From Eukaryota sp. GEM-RC1 (taxonomy: Eukaryota): 64,000 bases of DNA. Below the pieces are notes generated by a model. It was given only the letters and a program-made list of their open reading frames with translations. It had not been told where the DNA came from and made no database searches. The position numbers and the translations under genes were made by a program. Below are positions 36,232 through 49,300 of the stretch, one piece after another (positions within the stretch are counted from its first letter, which is position 1; each line of letters opens with the position of its first letter). The stretch lies in the NCBI GenBank assembly GCA_040285855.1, contig JAUFOQ010000001.1, positions 3,596,001 to 3,660,000 of the forward strand. Direction: 5' to 3'.

Positions 36232-39116
36232 TCATCTCATTAATTGTTTTAATTGAGACTTGGTAGGAACGTAACCTAAAGCTGCAGCCTTTTGAAACCA
36301 GTACACAGCTCGTGGATGGTCTTGTTGAACTCCATGTCCCTTGTTGTAGCAACAAGCAAGAGCAAACATCGAGTCAGCGTGATCTAAATGAGCAGCCTTT
36401 TGATACCAGTTCACAGCAGATTTGTAGTGTTGTTGATTTCCTTGTCCACTGCAATAAAAAGCAGCAAGACTAAACATGGAATCTGCTGCCTTCTGATACC
36501 AGTACACAGCTTTTGAGTGATCTTTTTCAATTCCTTGTCCATTTTTGTAACAAATACCGAGATTAACCATGGCATTAGAGTGACCCAAATCTGCTGCCTT
36601 CTGATACCAGTATACAGCTTTTGGGTGATCTTTTTCAATTCCTTGTCCATTTTTGTAACAAATACCGAGATTAACCATGGCATTAGAGTGACCCAAATCT
36701 GCAGCCTTTTGATACCAGTATACAGCTTTTGGGTGATCTTTTTCAATTCCTTGTCCATTTTTGTAACAAATACCGAGATTAACCATGGCATTAGAGTGAC
36801 CCAAATCTGCAGCCTTTTGATACCAGTATACAGCTTTTGGGTGATCTTTTTCAATTCCTTCACCATCATAGTAACAATCACCAAGATTAAACATGGCACC
36901 AGAGTGACCCAAATCTGCAGCCTTTTGATACCAGTATACAGCTTTTGATTGGTCTTTTTCAATTCCTTCTCCAGTAATGTAACAGTTACCAATATTAAAC
37001 ATGGCACGAGACTTACCCAAATCTGCCGCTTTTTGATACCAGTATACAGCTTTTGAGTGGTCTTGTTCAATTCCTTCTCCAGTATTGTAACAGTTACCAA
37101 TATTAAACATAGCACGAGAGTGACCCAAATCTGCCGCTTTTTGATACCAGTATACAGCTTTTGAGTGGTCTTGTTCAATTCCTTCTCCAGTATTGTAACA
37201 GTTACCAATATTAAACATAGCACGAGAGTGACCCAAATCTGCCGCTTTTTGATACCAGTATACAGCTTTTGAGTGGTCTTGTTCAATTCCTTCTCCAGTA
37301 TTGTAACAGTTACCAATATTAAACATAGCACGAGAGTGACCCAAATCTGCCGCTTTTTGATACCAGTATACAGCTTTTGAGTGGTCTTGTTCAATTCCTT
37401 CTCCAGTATTGTGACAGTTACCAAGATTAAACATAGCACGAGAGTGACCCAAATCTGCCGCTTTTTGATACCAGTACACAGATTTTGATTGGTCTTCTTC
37501 GATTCCTTGTCCATTTTGGTAACAAACACCAAGCTCATTCATGGCCCAGAAATTACCCAAATCTGCAGCCTTTTGATACCAGTACACGGCTTTTGAATCG
37601 TCTTGTTCTATTCCTTCACCATCACGGTAACAATCACCAATATTAAACATAGCACGAGAGTCACCCAAATCTGCAGCCTTTTGATACCAGTAAACAGCTT
37701 TTGAGTGGTCTTCTTCGATTCCTTCTCCATAATAGAAACTATTACCAAGATTGCACATAGCACGAGAGTCACCCAAATCTGCAGCCTTTTGAAACCAGTA
37801 AACAGCTTTTGAGTGATCTTCTTCGATTCCTTCACCATCATCGTAACAATCACCAATCGCAGTCATTGCAAGTTCATCACCTAATTCTGCGTGTTTTTGA
37901 CACCAATGAATAGCATTCCCTAAGTGTGTTCTTGCGTTAGAGTTTCCCTTAGAAATAGCTTCCAAGAACCAGTAAACAGCTTGTCTTTCGTTCTTGTTTA
38001 CCCCAATACCATTAAGAAAACAATTACCCAGATTAACCATGGCTTCAGCATCACCTCGATCTGCAGCTTCTTGGTAACCTTCAAAAGCTAATTCATCATT
38101 ACTTTTCTCTAATTGAAGATTAATTTCTAGAGAATTGTTCAACTCAAAGACTTTAATGGTATCTTGAATTTCTTTCAATTCTTTCAGTACATCATTAATA
38201 GAAGGTCTTTCATTAGGATTAACTGAAAGACATTTGTTAATCAAAGAAGAAATTGCCACAGGAAAACCATTAGGAAAGCTAAATAAATGTTCATTTTGTT
38301 TAGCCTCAACTACTTCAAAAACTGACATACCGTCAAAGGCAAGTCTATTGGTAAACATTTCATAAAACAATATTCCAAGACTATAAACGTCAACAGCTGG
38401 TCCATAGATTTTACTGAAAGCTTCTGGAGGAGTGTACTTCGGAGTTACTTGGAGCGTAGATGTATAGTTGTACATAGTCCGTGAAGAACCAAAATCGGCA
38501 AGCTTCACATGTGAGTTTACTATGATGAGATTTTGGGGCTTAATGTCATGGTGGAAAATTGTCTTGGAATGCAAGTACTTCACAGCGGTACATATATCAA
38601 TAGCTTGAGCAAGATTGCAGAAAGAAAGAGATGTTGGAACTTGTAAATGTCCAGAACCAAGTTCCATCAAGATACCAACGGAAGTCTAGTTATACCAAAC
38701 ACTCGAAGGACAAAAGGATGAGACAGAGAGGCCATGTGGGAGACTTCCTGTAAGAATCTTGCTTCATTCTGATCAGCCTTACGGACGAGTTTCAAAGCAA
38801 CAACAGCGTCAACCCATTCACAGCAATGAACAGTTCCGCTGGTTCCACTGCCTAATTCATCGTTGAGGTTGAAACTGAGGTCTTCGGAGGAGATTTCGGG
38901 CAGGGCAGCGGGATTCTTAACAAAAGCATCAACAGCTTCACGGAGAGCATAGCTAGGGGCAATATCATTGAGAGAGACTTGTTGACGACAATTAGGACAA
39001 TTTGGCTTTCCTTCTAGCCATTGAGTTATGCATGTGAGACAAAAGCAATGTCCACATTGGATCGTAGAAGCATCTTCTAAGACTGAATCACATAGTGAAC
39101 AGTTCAAGTGCAGCAT
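36232..39116 (-). CDS. RING finger - TKL-like protein kinase - Sel1 repeat protein (one indel near 38680)
   Basis: C3HC4 RING; GSGTSG, VALK, HHDIKPQN, DFG, PPE, DVYSLG; about 16 Sel1 repeats (AVYWYQKAADLG..AMFNLG.CY..G.GIE). Confidence 0.9.
36480..37880 (-). repeat. 108-bp tandem array encoding Sel1 repeats
   Basis: 36-aa period; runs of near-identical units at ~36520-36850 and ~37020-37460. Confidence 0.92.
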
Positions 39117-39284
39117 TGAGACCAAAATTTTGTACAAACTATCTAAATTTAAACGACTGGGCCAAAATTTCCAAATTTTTGTACTGATTTTGACATGTAT
39201 TGATGTATTGATTTAAATTTTGAAATATTTATTGCAGAATACGCGACTTGAATAATATATATAATATTATGTGTCGTATGTATT

Positions 39285-41810
39285 TTTATCTGGAGTTAAG
39301 TCTATCTTTTCTTCTGCATTGGATATTCCAAATTCTGAAACGGTTCAGAAATTGGTTAAATTGCATCCAAAAGAAGAGTTTTTGTACGTTAAACCTCAAA
39401 TTTGTCAGTTCTGGATTTGATAATCCTATTTTCCCAACTGAAGTTGCAAATGCTATTGCTAGACTTCCTAAAGGTAAAGCAGCTGGACCTTCAGGCATTT
39501 CAGTTGATTTGTTGAAAGGTGCTTGCAAGGCAGCTTCAGAAATTTCTATAGATCTTGCTGATTACTTTCAACAGTTGGTTTGTTTGAAAGTTATTCCTCC
39601 AATTGAATTGACTGCTGCTCGACTTATTGCTTTAGTAAAACCAGGTAACGGAATTAAGCCTGATGGAATCCGTCCAATTGTAGTTGGAGAATCAATTTCT
39701 CGTTTATTCGCATCAATTGTGTTTAATCGAGTGGTCGATAATGCGGGTCGCTTTTTGTCTCCATTTCAATTTGGAATTAAGACAATTGACGGGGCTTCTG
39801 TTGCTGCCTTAACATCAGATTTGTTTTTCAATTCACATGATGATAATTTCATTTTTAATCTTGATTTCAAAAATGCGTTTAATTCGGTTAGTCGTAAATC
39901 TGTTTTTGCTGCTATTGAAAAAGACTTTCCTGGGTTGACGTCCTACTTTTATTTATTTTATGGAAAACCAAGCGATTTAATTTATGATTCATATTCATTG
40001 AAATCTATGTCTGGTGTTAAACAAGGAGATCCTCTTGGTCCTCTTTTCTTTTGTTTGGCTATTCATGATTCGCTTTTGTGTATTTTAAAAAAATACCCAG
40101 ACCTTAAGATAGTTAACTATATGGATGATATTTCTACTATTTTTCCCCTTGACTTGTTAAAAAAGGTAGCGGTGGAAGTGGCTGATATTTATGAAACATT
40201 GGGTTTATCTCTGAACCCAGACAAGTGTTTATTAATTGGTAGATCTACACAAGAATTATTTATTAATGGAGTTCAGATTCCATTTATCAATTATGTTGAA
40301 GACGCTTTTAGTTTTCTAAGATGTTGGCTTGGGAAAGTTCCTAAAATTTTTCAAGAATTATTTAATTGTTTGGAAAAAATTGGTTCAGAACTCAACACAA
40401 TTTCTTCGTATGACATTGAAAAACATGTCAAGTTTTTTATTTTAAAAATTGCTACTCCGGAAAAATCACACATCTTTTGAGATCTACTGCTCCTTCAATC
40501 GCTCTGAACTTTTGTAGATCTTTCAACGAGTTAAGGATTAATTTTTTGGCTTCATTGTTAGAACTTGATTCAACGTTACTTAGAAGTCATTTGTTTACTT
40601 CTACTCATTTTGGTGGTATTGGTTTTACCAAATCTTCAATTCTTTGCAAATCTGCGTTTTTGGTGGAAAATATTTCACCTTTGAATTTGTTAATCTATTT
40701 ACTAACGATAATTCACTTATTAACCCCAATTCATGTAAAATATTTATTTGACTTAAATGAAGCGTTAATCAAATTACCTTTTGACGTTTGGTCTCAGTGT
40801 TTCCCAGAATCTGTGTCTGAAATACCTGAAAGATGTTTGACTAATCTTCAGTTCTGTCTGAAAAAATTACAACAGAAACTCACAAATATTTTTGAAAGCT
40901 TGGATTATAAAGTTCGACTTGGCATGGCCAAGGAAAAAAATTACGATTTTGCAAATTTCTTAACAAATGTTTCTAATAGCTCTGCTTCCTGTCTGATTAC
41001 TCAAATCCCTCAAGTTTACGGTCGTCTTCTTGATAATAACTCTTGGTCATTAAACATGCGTTTACGTTCATATATTTGGCCTGATAACCTTCCACATAAT
41101 TTGAAACGCCAATGTGGGCAATCTGTAACACCTACACATTTATTGAATTGTAACCGGTTTATTTCTTTTTAGAAGTAAGGTTCATGATTCAGTAAGGGGT
41201 CAATTATATTTTGTGTAAATCTTATGGAATCATCATTTTTTAGAACCAGTTTTGGCTGGTTTGTTTGATGATACAGATTTTGACAATTCGTTTGGAAGTA
41301 GCCGTGGCGATGTCATATTTCATGGGCTCGATGGTGCTCTTATTATTGCTGATGTTATATCTATCGATGTTAAAAATGGTTTCAACAAGAAACTTACTAA
41401 ATCTAATGCTAAAAACCCTCTGTTGATTGATGAAAAATTTAAAAAATGGAAAAATATTGTGCTGAATTGAAATTATTGAATTCGGCTTCACACTCGAATT
41501 ACTTGTTGTACCCTTTTGTATTTTCACTGTACGGTTCTTTAGGTGAATCTGCAACATCATTACTACTGGAAATGTTTGTGAAGATTGTAAATGAAAAAAC
41601 ATCTAGGACTTTTGATCTTAGATTTTGGAAAAATCGAATCGTGTTTGCTATCTTTAAAGGTATGGTGACTTCCGTATCTAGCACTTTGTTATCTCTTGGC
41701 AGACATTATGAGGATAAGGTAGGTGAAAATTTCCAGTTAGGCAATCTGGACTTTGAGGATATTGATTATTAGATGTATGTACACTGTAGTGTTGTTGTCA
41801 ATAAATATAA
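39285..41810 (+). mobile_element. CRE-like RLE non-LTR retrotransposon (subfamily A), 5'-truncated: RT + zinc knuckle + endonuclease
   Basis: LVKLHP, KAAGPSG, IRPIVVGE, FQFG, LDFKNAFNS, GVKQGDPLGP, YMDD, GGIG, HLLNC, RGDV, ADV, YPFVFSLYG; several frameshifts. Confidence 0.9.
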
Positions 41811-41974
41811 TTAGTCAAATTTTATTTTCATAAAATCACAATATCATATATTGCGCTCCCTGAACCTGATGAAAATAATATTGATCTTCCAATATTGCAA
41901 TAAATATTGCTCCAATATTTATTCCCGCTCTTTGAGGTGGTTCAATATTTATGCTAAAATACTTTTGTTGTAAA

Positions 41975-42290
41975 AATTAGACTATAAAACTAAAAGTTGG
42001 TATCATTAAAACAACACCCATCGCTATCAAATTTTACAACAGCTTTGTCCTCATAGAAGGAACTAACTGCTAATAATGCTTTGGAGACGATAAGGGGAAT
42101 TTGTTTTAAAACAGTACAAACGATCCAATTCAACCATAACATATGATCAAAACGTTTGGTCATCCTATTTTTTTACGATTTTTCCGAAATCGTTTAAAAA
42201 ATTCAATGCACTTTTCCTAAACGTCCGTAAATTGGAAACAGCAAAAGGGCATAATTCGTATTCAACATGTTTTACATGTTTTAAAGCCAT
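41975..42290 (-). mobile_element. RLE retrotransposon 3' fragment (subfamily F)
   Basis: Reverse strand reads ELCPFAVS...ALNFLNDFGKIV...IPLIVSKALLAVSSFYEDK; matches 60635-60793. Confidence 0.7.
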
Positions 42291-42438
42291 CAATGGTTTC
42301 TTGTACTTATCCTGTTTGGCCAGTTAATTATTTCAATTATTTCAACATTGGTCAATATACTTTGAGTTATTCATTTCGTTGTTTTGCTTCACCATTTGGA
42401 CTTTCAAAACCAGGTTTGTTTCCTTGTGTGTTTAAATA

Positions 42439-43409
42439 CATAGTTGCAAAATACACGGACAAAATAATAATACAATACAGAATACAAAAAATAGAGAATA
42501 CCAAAATACAATACAGATACAGAATACAGATAAAACACAGAATACTGTATTAATTGTATTTGCTTTCTTGTAATTGCAAGCAATAAACTAACTATCTTGA
42601 GTCAAACGACTGCAAACGTGATTGATCTTCAGAGTTATCATGGTTCACCATCTTCGATACGCATTCTTAGACGTCTTTGTATTTATCAACCCAATTGTTC
42701 TTTCGATTCTAAAATGTACCGAATGTTCAAAAGTTCATTTGATCCACGGAAAGCACTGTCGTGGAGTTATACAGTTATACAATGTGACTTTGGACACTTA
42801 TTGTTTCGTACATTAGTTGTAAATCGTCTTAATATACCGCTTGTAGGTAAAAAAGTTTAATTTCGAAATCATAGTCCCGTAGTCAAGACTACCCGTACAT
42901 CTTCAAAACAGGATCAATTTGAGTGTCGTGTAGCTCGTCTCATAAGAGTTTTGGATCTTCATCACTGACTGACAGTAGTGAAGCTAGATTGCACAACTTC
43001 ACATGGTTTGGTATTTTTCAATTCTTTAGAATGAACATTATTAAGCGCTTCTAAATTTTTGTTACTTGACTTTGATCGGTGTTTCACTTTTTAGTCATCT
43101 AGCATGCGCCGTTGACGTACTCTATCGGAGCGTTTAGAAAATTCAGCAGTCAATTGTACTAGAATTTCTGCACGTTGTTAAAAGAATACATGACCCAATT
43201 GTACCAAAAAATAGTATAATTGATCATCACGATCCGCTGTCAAGTGTTTCTCTCGTTTACTTCAGTCATTGTTATCAATTAAAGGGATTTTAGGGCTGAT
43301 AAAAAAAACAATACAAATACAAATACACTTATCCGGAAAAAATACAATACATAATAAAGAAAAAATACAGAATACGAAAAAATGCTGTATTTCGTATTTT
43401 GCAACTATG
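42439..43409. mobile_element. hAT-type non-autonomous element
   Basis: 16-bp TIR CATAGTTGCAAAATAC (42439-42454 / 43394-43409); 8-bp TSD TTTAAATA/TTTAAGTA (7/8 match); AATAC subterminal arrays. Confidence 0.9.
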
Positions 43410-43829
43410 TTTAAGTATAATGAGAGTTGTTTTATCGGTAATGATTTCTAGTTGTTGTATTGTCATAATGTCTATCAATTGATCTCAGTTCGAGTGTTAA
43501 CTCAAGTGGAATGAGAATTCTTTCCTCTGAAGTGATTTTCTCTTAAGCCCTCAAGTCTTGAAATGCAAATAATGAAAGAAAACAGTCATTTTTTGGGACG
43601 AAACTACTGTAAGACATATCATGAGCAGTAAAAAATTCGAAGATGTAGATAATGGTATTGAGATTATTTCGGATATTTCTGATGACGATGAACTATAGAA
43701 AAGGTGGGGTTTTTCACGATAAATACACAATATGATTCATATTGTTGCAATATTGAAATATTGCAATATTGGTTGAAGAATTGCAATATTTATTGGCACT
43801 ATTTCAGAATATTTACTATACTATTTAAT

Positions 43830-44207
43830 CAAATATTCTCTTTAGATGTGAGTAAACACGTTTCTTTTGCTATGCTTCAGGTCTATTTTTCCGGGAAAAT
43901 TAATCATTTTTTACGTTCATTAGACTATTCCCTTACTGACATATTTGCCAAGAAATTTAATTCTATTAGAACAAATTTTCTCTCTAACTTGGCAGAAATT
44001 GATGAGTGTAAGATTCCATTTCATGCTTTTTATTCTTCTGAATTCGCAGGAGTAGGTTTCACCCATGCAAAAATCATTAGAAAAATTGCTCTCTTAGGAG
44101 GTGACCAGAATTTATTGTTGGAATTTTTGAAACGGTTTCCCTTGGATGGAATCAATCTGTTAAATTCCAGTAATTGCCGTTGGATTCAATCTTTTCCCAC
44201 CATTTAG
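43830..44207 (+). mobile_element. Internal fragment (post-RT region) of a divergent RLE retrotransposon
   Basis: KHVSFAML.VYFSGKINHFLRS...FNSIRTNFL...FAGVGFT is homologous to 40420-40630. Confidence 0.7.
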
Positions 44208-44535
44208 TTTGAAATCGGCCTTCAAGTGGACAAGTTGATCTCACTGTTAGGTCAATAATGACGTGTAATTATGACCTATGCCTTTTTATAGAATTGTACT
44301 TTAATAAATCTATCTTCATCATCGTTTTACGCGTAGAAGCAACATCACAATCTTCTTCAATCCATGACTTTCTGAATACACATGCATGCTGGTCTATTAA
44401 TTTCAGAAGGAATTCTTTCCAAAACATATGCATAAAACCACTTTTTAATATTCAATCTCACTACAATGTATTTCTTAAGTTTGATGCAATAATTGAAATT
44501 TATAAACAGGTTCAGTTCAAGTGCTAAAAATAAAA

Positions 44536-45775
44536 CTACTTCTCCCAAGGGAATGTGTAGTCAAGATTGTACAAATCACGAAGCTCACATGCTTCTTTCT
44601 GAAGGGCAGGGGGAACCAAAGTACCACCAAGTTCTTCACGACGTTTTTTTGCAATAAACTCTTTTTCGCCGGGAGTGTAAATGGCATGAACACCAGGAGC
44701 CTTTCTAGAGGCACGAACCTCACGTAAAAGATCTCCAACTTGTTTCTTGAAATCTTCGAGATCACGGAAACATTCAGGATTAATAGCTAAAAAGAAATGA
44801 CCAAGTTCGATTGGGCAGGGTTTTCCATCCTTAGTTCCCAACAAAGCATTCATAAAGTTACCACTCTGTAAACATGATGACAATATTTCAACCTATGGTA
44901 AAAGTAAAGACAAAGCACATACGACAAGAGCATATCCATAACCTTTGTGACCACCACCAATTTCTCCTAATCCTCCTAGAGGAGTGAGAGCAGCATTACC
45001 AGTTCCAAAATCTTTCAAAACGTTGGCAGTATCAACACGTGCGGTTCCATCAGATCCAATGACCCAACCTGGAGGTAATTCCTTACCCAATCTGTTGTAC
45101 ATTTCAATCTTTCCTCTATGAGCAATAGAAGTAGCACAATCGAGGACAAATGGGAATTCTTCATCAGTAGGGATACCAAACGTCAAGGGATTAGTACCAA
45201 TCATGTTTTGAACACCACCGGTAGGGGCAATGGATGGTCTAGCATTGGTACCAGTCATGAGAATGATACCTTGTTGAGCAGCACGGCGTGCATAGTAGCC
45301 AGCGATACCGAAATGAGTAGAATTACGACAAACAGTCATTCCTAGGCCATGTTTCTTGGCCTTCTCAATTGCCATATCACAAGATCTTTGGGCAATAACA
45401 TGTCCATCTAAGATAAGAAAAGATATATATCAAACTTCCATTATGTCCATCAATGACAGCAGTAGTGTCAGTTTCTCTGACGACTTCAAAGTTAGTGACA
45501 GGTTCTTGAGTTCCATTACGAAGACGATTAATGTAGATGATCTTTAATCGGCCAATACCATGAGAATCGATACCAGTTTTGTCGGCTTCGATAAGAACCT
45601 CGGTGGAGATCTTGGCTTCTTCAGGAGGAACACCAGCAGCAACAAAAACGTCGTACATAAACTTTTCAAGGAGATCGAAAGGGCATAGGACTGCATCAGG
45701 ATCGACAGAATTCATATACATGCCAGGTTGATCAGGAAGACCACTTAAAGCATCGGGATATTGTTTATCAGCCAT
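44536..45775 (-). CDS. Ldh_2 (type 2 malate/L-lactate dehydrogenase family) oxidoreductase, 3 exons
   Basis: AD..GIDSHG, DGHNG.GHV, RNSTHFGIAGYY, GTNP, LDCATS, GGHKGYG, YTPGE; GT-AG introns at 45408-45435 and 44893-44922 restore one frame. Confidence 0.92.
44893..44922 (-). other. 30-nt spliceosomal intron
   Basis: GTATGT...TTTACTTTTACCATAG; removal gives GYALV|VEILSS and deletes an in-frame stop. Confidence 0.88.
45408..45435 (-). other. 28-nt spliceosomal intron
   Basis: GTTTGA...TCTTTTCTTATCTTAG; removal gives DGHNGNGHVIAQ in frame with the next exon. Confidence 0.85.
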
Positions 45776-46395
45776 GGTTGAGGAGTTGAATAAGATAAAT
45801 CTTGAATCTGAAGTTGAGTTCAAATGGGCATGTCCAAATATGTCAAGTCAAGTCAAGATATATGACCTAGACTCTTGTTGACTTTTATTCATTATCTGAC
45901 ATCATCAACGATTCATTACGTCAGTAACCAGAACTATGAGAATTGTCCTGGATTCGTAAGAAACTGATGTTGGGTCAAGGTGATCTAAAGTAAACTGAGA
46001 AACAAATGACCACGAACTAGGAAACTACTTATCAGTGAGAGCTTACAGTTACCACCAGAGTTTCTTTTCTTGGACTTTATGTTCACTAGTAATTTCTATT
46101 TATCTCATTTTCATTTATGACAACCCTTTACTCTAATTTGTTTAAACATAAGAATAGCGGTTAGATACAGGTGTAAGACATAGATAATTGATTGTATCTC
46201 CTTTGTTAATTTTGATGATGATCTTTTGATTTGTACGTCTTTTTATAAACGATTTGTCCTCTTCACAATTAACAATTCTATCGCTTCTGTTCAAAATGTT
46301 AACAACCAAGGATGATGCAAAATCGATGTAATTGAATATTTTAGTTCCAGTAATAAAGAAAAGCAAAAATAAATTCCCAAAAACTTACCATCTCA

Positions 46396-49300
46396 ATGTC
46401 TGCTGACAAACGAGTCTTCTCTGCGGCCGCTTCTTGGCTGCAGATGGACGCAAATGATCTCGAAATATCATGCAAGACACCTGAAATGAATACTGAGTTG
46501 GAGTCCTTTCTTGCTGGTAAAGAACCCAACATACTTCTCTTCTTTAAGACTGACAAAGGAGTTACATTCACTACAACCATTCCTCCTAATACAAAAGGAT
46601 CATGTGTTTTCTTCATCCGACCAAATCCTAAACCCGTTTCATCTCACTCTTTCAACACAGAAGTGTTCTCTGCCTTCATTCCAAACAACCTTCTTTCCGA
46701 CATCGCCACAATCTTCTCCTCAATCCTTACTCCCACCGTTCGGAGTTCCAAGGACGTCAGCTCCCTCACACAAGCCCAACGTGACCTTTTCCTCTCTGCT
46801 CTGGACAACTTCTCCGTGGCTCTCACTGGTGGACTCAATGCTGTCGACATTGGCATCAACTTCTCCCCTCCATCCTCTCTCTTTGGTCTCTCCAACTCCC
46901 CCTCTGACTTCGCCAAAGGAGCCAAGGATCCTGAGATCGTCACTATCTTCGACCGTACCCTCTGTGACTGGTGTAAGCAGTTAGAACGAATCCTAGCAGA
47001 GTCTAACCAAGTAAGGCAAGAGAGTACCGATTCTGGACCTCTAGCTGAGCTTGAACATTGGAAACAGCGCATGGCTAAGTTCAACACCATCCTAGATCTT
47101 TCTCAAGCGGAACACATTTCTATCATCATTGGGGTTCTCTCCAACGCTAGACCTGCCCTTCTTGATGAGTGGAAGAAGCTCCAAAGAAGAGTAAGAGATG
47201 ATGCCATTGAAGCTGAGGACAACCTCAAGTATCTCTATATCGTGGACAAGGTAGCTCGACCTCTCTATCAGCCTAACCCAGCTCGAATGTTGGAGTGTTT
47301 ACCTCAGCTAATGAGCTCAATTGCAATGGTTCATCGAGTAACGAGGTTTTATAACACTAATGAACGATTGACTGGACTATTCGTCAAAATCACCAATCAA
47401 ATGGTTGTCTCTTGCAGACGTTTCATTCACGAAGGATTGAGCTCTTTTTGGGGGTTGACCAGTGTTAAAGACATGACTAAAAGACTGAAGCAATGTTCCT
47501 CTCTAGGTAGTGAGTATAGATCTATTTATAGAAAGACCAAAGACTCTCTTTCAGAAGCTCCCACTGGACGTCAGTTTGACCTGTCAGAAGCTTATATATT
47601 TGGCCCAATGGATTTGTTTGTTCAGAGGATTGCTCAATTGTTAGAGATTTTAGAGGCCTTTGAACAGTTTTCCAGCCTTAAAGAAGCGAATATTTCTGGA
47701 TTAACTGTCGTGTCTGACAAGTTTTTTAAAATTTATGCAGATTTTCAACGAAAACAACCAAAACCATTTGATGACGTTCAAGTTGCCACCTCTAGTTTTG
47801 AAAAAGACTTCACCAAGTATAAGTCCCAAATATCTGACTTAGAAAAACAATTAATCACAGTCGTTGATGAGCTCTTTGCCAACTCAACCACAACTGAACA
47901 CAGTATTGAACTTCTTAACCAAATCCCTGACAACCTCTTATACGAATCCTTTGCCGCCGCCCTTAATGCCAAGTACCCTTTGGTTTTCCGCCAATACACC
48001 TCTGATTTGGAGAACATCCGTCGTCAGTACCAACAGTTTGCCACTAAACCTCCTATTGCTAGAAACAGACCCCCAGTCTCTGGAGCAATCGAATGGGCTA
48101 GACAATTAGCCAGAAGAATCCAAGAACCAATGGAACTCTTCCAGGAACGTGCACCTCACGTGTTGTCTTTACCTGATGGACGTAAGACAGTCAGAACCTA
48201 CAATAAGCTATCTCAGGCTCTATTTGAGTATGAATCTCTTTACTTCAAGGCCTGGGTAGACTCTATCCAAACAGCCAGGCAGTCTCTCTACTCCCCTGTC
48301 TTCATTCGTAAGAACTTTGAAGATCCAATGTCTATCTCTGTACAGTTCTCTTCCTCCTTGTCTCAATTACTAGCGGAGTCTAAGTGGCTCTCTTTGATGG
48401 GGCTGGATATCCCCGGGGAAGCTGCTAGCATCTTAGTTCAAGAGGACAGACTTCGTAAACTTAGAGATCAGTTTGGTTTGATAGTTTCTGATTACAAGAA
48501 CTTGTTAAGTAAAATCAAGGAACCTACCAAAGATCTACTAGAGTACTACCTCTCATCTTTTGAAAAGAGTCTGGCTCCTGGTTATTCAGTTATTACTTGG
48601 AGTTCAGTTAGTATCGAGCAGTTTTCCGAGACAATTTCTTCTGCTTTAGGTGATTTAAAGTCTTTGGTTAAGGAGAGTAATGATATCTTTGATTTTCGAA
48701 TTGAATCTGTTATTAATGAGATTTCTGAGTCAAAGTTCATTGAATACGAGGAGGAACCAGTTCTCATGTCAGAATTCCTTTCTAATTGCCGTACAAAAGC
48801 TGAAGAAGCTGCTCTTTTGTCGAGGAGAAGTCTAAGTCCATTGAATCAGCCGTTCTTGATCTTATTTTGTTAGTTAACCCCAAACTACCCAAGGACAGTG
48901 AGGTCATGACTAAGTTCCAGACATCATCTCAACAGTTTTACAATGACCTCCACGATAAGTGCTTGGAAACCATACTCTCAACCATCACGTCATCAGTTCG
49001 ATCGATTCGTTACGCTTTAAATAGACCTAAACCTTTGTTTACTGCTGTCCTTGAGTTGAACTCATCTGATCTTGTTTTATCCCCTTCTTTTAACGATATC
49101 TTTAGAGTGATTTTAGAAGTTACTAGATCTGTGACTAGTGTTTCTAAGTTTATCAGTCATTGGAGAGGATCTGAGTGTGTTGACGTGTTCTTGCCTAATT
49201 TAGTAGCTGATGATGATCGAAAGGTTTTCAGTTTAAATAATGATATTGCTGTGCATAAGCCTTTGGTTAAGGTTTGTTTTATTCTATTTGCTGAATTAGA

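Noticed and set aside
36411..37538. 375-aa overlapping ORF in the Sel1 array
   Set aside because: By-product of a 108-bp repeat lacking stops in a second frame
36480..37880. CRISPR-like array
   Set aside because: Units are in-frame protein repeats with no unique spacers or cas genes, in a eukaryotic context
39285..40480. RT as a bacterial DGR, retron or group II intron enzyme
   Set aside because: Motifs and the downstream zinc knuckle plus RLE endonuclease identify a non-LTR retrotransposon
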